NCBI GenBank assembly: GCA_018823045.1
Contig: JAHJIX010000022.1
Location: forward strand, 1,508 to 65,507
Direction: 5' to 3'
DNA length: 64,000 nt
Source of the DNA: Patescibacteria group bacterium
GTDB taxonomy: Bacteria > Patescibacteriota > Patescibacteriia > Magasanikbacterales > UBA922
Shown: positions 62,172 through 64,000 of the stretch, one piece after another
Numbering within the stretch: the stretch's first letter is position 1
Layout: every line of letters begins with the position of its first letter
The notes under the pieces: model-generated
What the model saw: the letters and a program-made list of their open reading frames with translations, nothing else
Told to the model about the DNA's origin: nothing
Database searches by the model: none
Made by a program: the position numbers and the translations under genes

Positions 62172-63986
62172 CTATTCTACATTATTACTGTTATCAACCT
62201 CACCACTCCCCAAAATATCAGTAACCACCTGCACTCCTATTTGACTTTTAAACACAACCCCTTCAGCCAACGCCCTTTGTATCACTTCTTTTGCTTTGTC
62301 TTCTTGCCCTAATTGCTGTAATGTTGCTGCAAGCCTCCACCAACTTTCTTCAATCGATGAATCATTATCAACAGCCTCTTGTAAGAGTCTGACAGCCTCG
62401 TCATCCTGTCTTACAGTCAAATACATAGAACTACACACATATTGCACCTGTTGCCTCTTTGGCGACAAAGCAAGCACCTCTTTACAATATTCTACTGATT
62501 TAAATAAATGTGATTGATCTTGATAAATAACAGCCCCCAATTCACCTAGTTGGATCAAAGAAATTTGCACCCGAATATCTAATGGATGCAATGCAACATT
62601 ATTTTCTAACTCACGTACAGCTAAGTCATATAATACTTTTGCTGTCTCAATATCTTTTTTCTGATAAGCGGTGCGTATTTGCCCTGAAATTGTTCGAACA
62701 AAGTCATTACGGATATCATCAGTATGTGGAGATTTGAGCGCTAATGCTTCATGTAATAACTCGACACTCACCTTAACATCAACTCCAGCAATACGTAATG
62801 CTTCAAGTGTTTTCATATTTGCCTTTGCAGGAGCAATATTAGTCCCATATAACACAATAAGCAAAAATAACCCAACAAACAAGACAGATAGCATCGACAA
62901 ATCTTTTGTCTCATCAATTTCTTTAAACGGTACTTTACATGTTAATACATGCACATATGCTAAGATAAAGAATAAGTATATAAATGAAGTCACATTCTCA
63001 AACACTGACAAATTATGCCCAAAATGTGCCACTAAAAATGCAATCAATATTCCACGAACATATACAGGAACTTCCTTCTCTCGCCATAACAATACAATTG
63101 GAATAATAAATAGCGCAAAATAAACCAATACACCAAAAGATCCTTGTGTAGTCAAAGTATTAAACAAAACACTATGCGCATTATCAAACCACGTTTCACC
63201 CCACCCATGCTCTAAAAACTCTGCACGATAATACTTATTAAATGCATAATAATAATTATTTGGCCCCCACCCAAAAAGCATATGATCCTTCCACCCATCT
63301 ACAGCAACCCCCCAGGCCATCACACGTGTATTTGTAGACAAAGCAGTTAAATCAGTAGATACTAAACGATTTACCCCAGGAATAGATTGCACAATAGTAC
63401 TTTCTTTAAACTGAATCACTCCCCCAATAAGTAACATAAAAGAAACAATCAAAACAGCAGCAATATTTCGTGCCTTTTTTTGTTGCCAAACTTTTTGCTC
63501 AATTGCATAAAAGATACCAAAAGCAATAACTCCTAACACTAACCCTACAAGAGTTCCACGAGTCCCTCCAAAAAATATACCTAAGAAACCAAGTACAGAT
63601 ACTATCGCTGACACAACTCGCCAAAAAGAAACCTTCTCTTGAAATGTACGCATGAGTCCGATGGCAAATAAAAACAAACCATACCCACTCAAATAAATGG
63701 CATTCCCAAGTGTTGCAGACACTCGATGAGCATTGTTATTGAGTAAAAATTCTGGGTTTATCTTTTGCATTGCCGCTAAAATCATGACAATAGTGCCTGC
63801 ACCTAAAAATATACGAAAAAACCACTCCCAATCTTTTTTTGTAAAAAAAGTAGATAATATAAAGTAATACAAACCATAATGCACCAAGGTAAACAACCCG
63901 AGCATACGCTCATGATTATCCCAAAAACTTCTATACCAATCAGCCCCAACAAAGGTAGAAATAGCTAAACTTACAAAATACAACAA
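62172..63986 (-). CDS. Wzy_C/O-antigen-ligase-domain polytopic membrane protein fused to C-terminal TPR repeats (candidate O-oligosaccharyltransferase or glycan ligase/polymerase)
   Basis: 604 aa. About 12 TM helices. The periplasmic-loop motif HGWGETWFDNAHSVLFNTLTTQGSFG matches Wzy_C/WaaL/PglL-family proteins (aHN..L..l.e.G..G). The C-terminal ~200 aa form TPR-like helical repeats. The N-terminal Met lies 14 nt from the window edge, so the gene may extend beyond it. Confidence 0.68.
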   Translation of the reverse strand: MLYFVSLAISTFVGADWYRSFWDNHERMLGLFTLVHYGLYYFILSTFFTKKDWEWFFRIFLGAGTIVMILAAMQKINPEFLLNNNAHRVSATLGNAIYLSGYGLFLFAIGLMRTFQEKVSFWRVVSAIVSVLGFLGIFFGGTRGTLVGLVLGVIAFGIFYAIEQKVWQQKKARNIAAVLIVSFMLLIGGVIQFKESTIVQSIPGVNRLVSTDLTALSTNTRVMAWGVAVDGWKDHMLFGWGPNNYYYAFNKYYRAEFLEHGWGETWFDNAHSVLFNTLTTQGSFGVLVYFALFIIPIVLLWREKEVPVYVRGILIAFLVAHFGHNLSVFENVTSFIYLFFILAYVHVLTCKVPFKEIDETKDLSMLSVLFVGLFLLIVLYGTNIAPAKANMKTLEALRIAGVDVKVSVELLHEALALKSPHTDDIRNDFVRTISGQIRTAYQKKDIETAKVLYDLAVRELENNVALHPLDIRVQISLIQLGELGAVIYQDQSHLFKSVEYCKEVLALSPKRQQVQYVCSSMYLTVRQDDEAVRLLQEAVDNDSSIEESWWRLAATLQQLGQEDKAKEVIQRALAEGVVFKSQIGVQVVTDILGSGEVDNSNNVE

Positions 63987-64000
63987 TACCCCCCAATGCA

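Noticed and set aside
1-64000. CRISPR array or cas genes
   Set aside because: No series of regularly spaced short direct repeats was seen anywhere, and no Cas-like ORFs. The only notable repeats are the two MITE-like copies and the GC-rich palindrome.
1-64000. Transposase, integrase or phage structural genes suggesting a prophage or IS element
   Set aside because: None of the ORF translations show DDE transposase, tyrosine/serine recombinase, portal, terminase or capsid signatures. The only mobile-looking items are non-autonomous (the MITE-like repeats, the AbiE pair and the Xis-like HTH).

Overview
This is an AT-rich bacterial chromosomal window with compact, mostly co-directional genes. 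Its style resembles small-genome, CPR/Parcubacteria-like bacteria, but that is an inference.

Layout from left to right:
- 1-6.8 kb: housekeeping genes (recJ, rnhA, a MOP-family flippase, rny, hup), then tRNA-Glu(CTC) and a CAT-anticodon tRNA (Met, or possibly Ile2).
- 6.8-12.5 kb, minus strand: a tight block pilT - ftsI-like PBP - small atypical protein kinase - 682-aa orphan protein.
- 12.5-18 kb: folD and a first nucleotide-sugar module (epimerase, two NDP-sugar dehydrogenases, an O-methyltransferase-like protein). The epimerase is bracketed by two inverted copies of an ~85-bp MITE-like element.
- 18-23 kb: a GC-rich compound palindrome, an AbiEi/AbiEii-like type IV toxin-antitoxin pair, and two predicted surface proteins (a TPR protein and a lipoprotein with thrombospondin-type-3-like calcium repeats plus a lectin-like domain).
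- 23.2-64 kb: one very large, almost entirely minus-strand glycan locus. It holds a complete-looking nonulosonic-acid (pseudaminic/legionaminic-like) pathway with an extra formyltransferase, two tandem cytidylyltransferases, and many GT4 glycosyltransferases. It also holds Gmd plus a DegT aminotransferase, AsnB, and an MsbA-like ABC exporter. It ends with a Wzy_C/O-antigen-ligase-TPR fusion that may be an O-oligosaccharyltransferase.

The most unusual items sit inside that locus. One is a VTC-domain/DUF4956/CotH-kinase triad. Another is a P-loop plus aminoglycoside/choline-kinase-like fusion. A third is a radical-SAM enzyme with its SPASM-like cysteine cluster on the N-terminal side.

No rRNA, CRISPR array, transposase or integrase was seen. 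All calls come from reading the sequence and ORF translations only; no searches were run.
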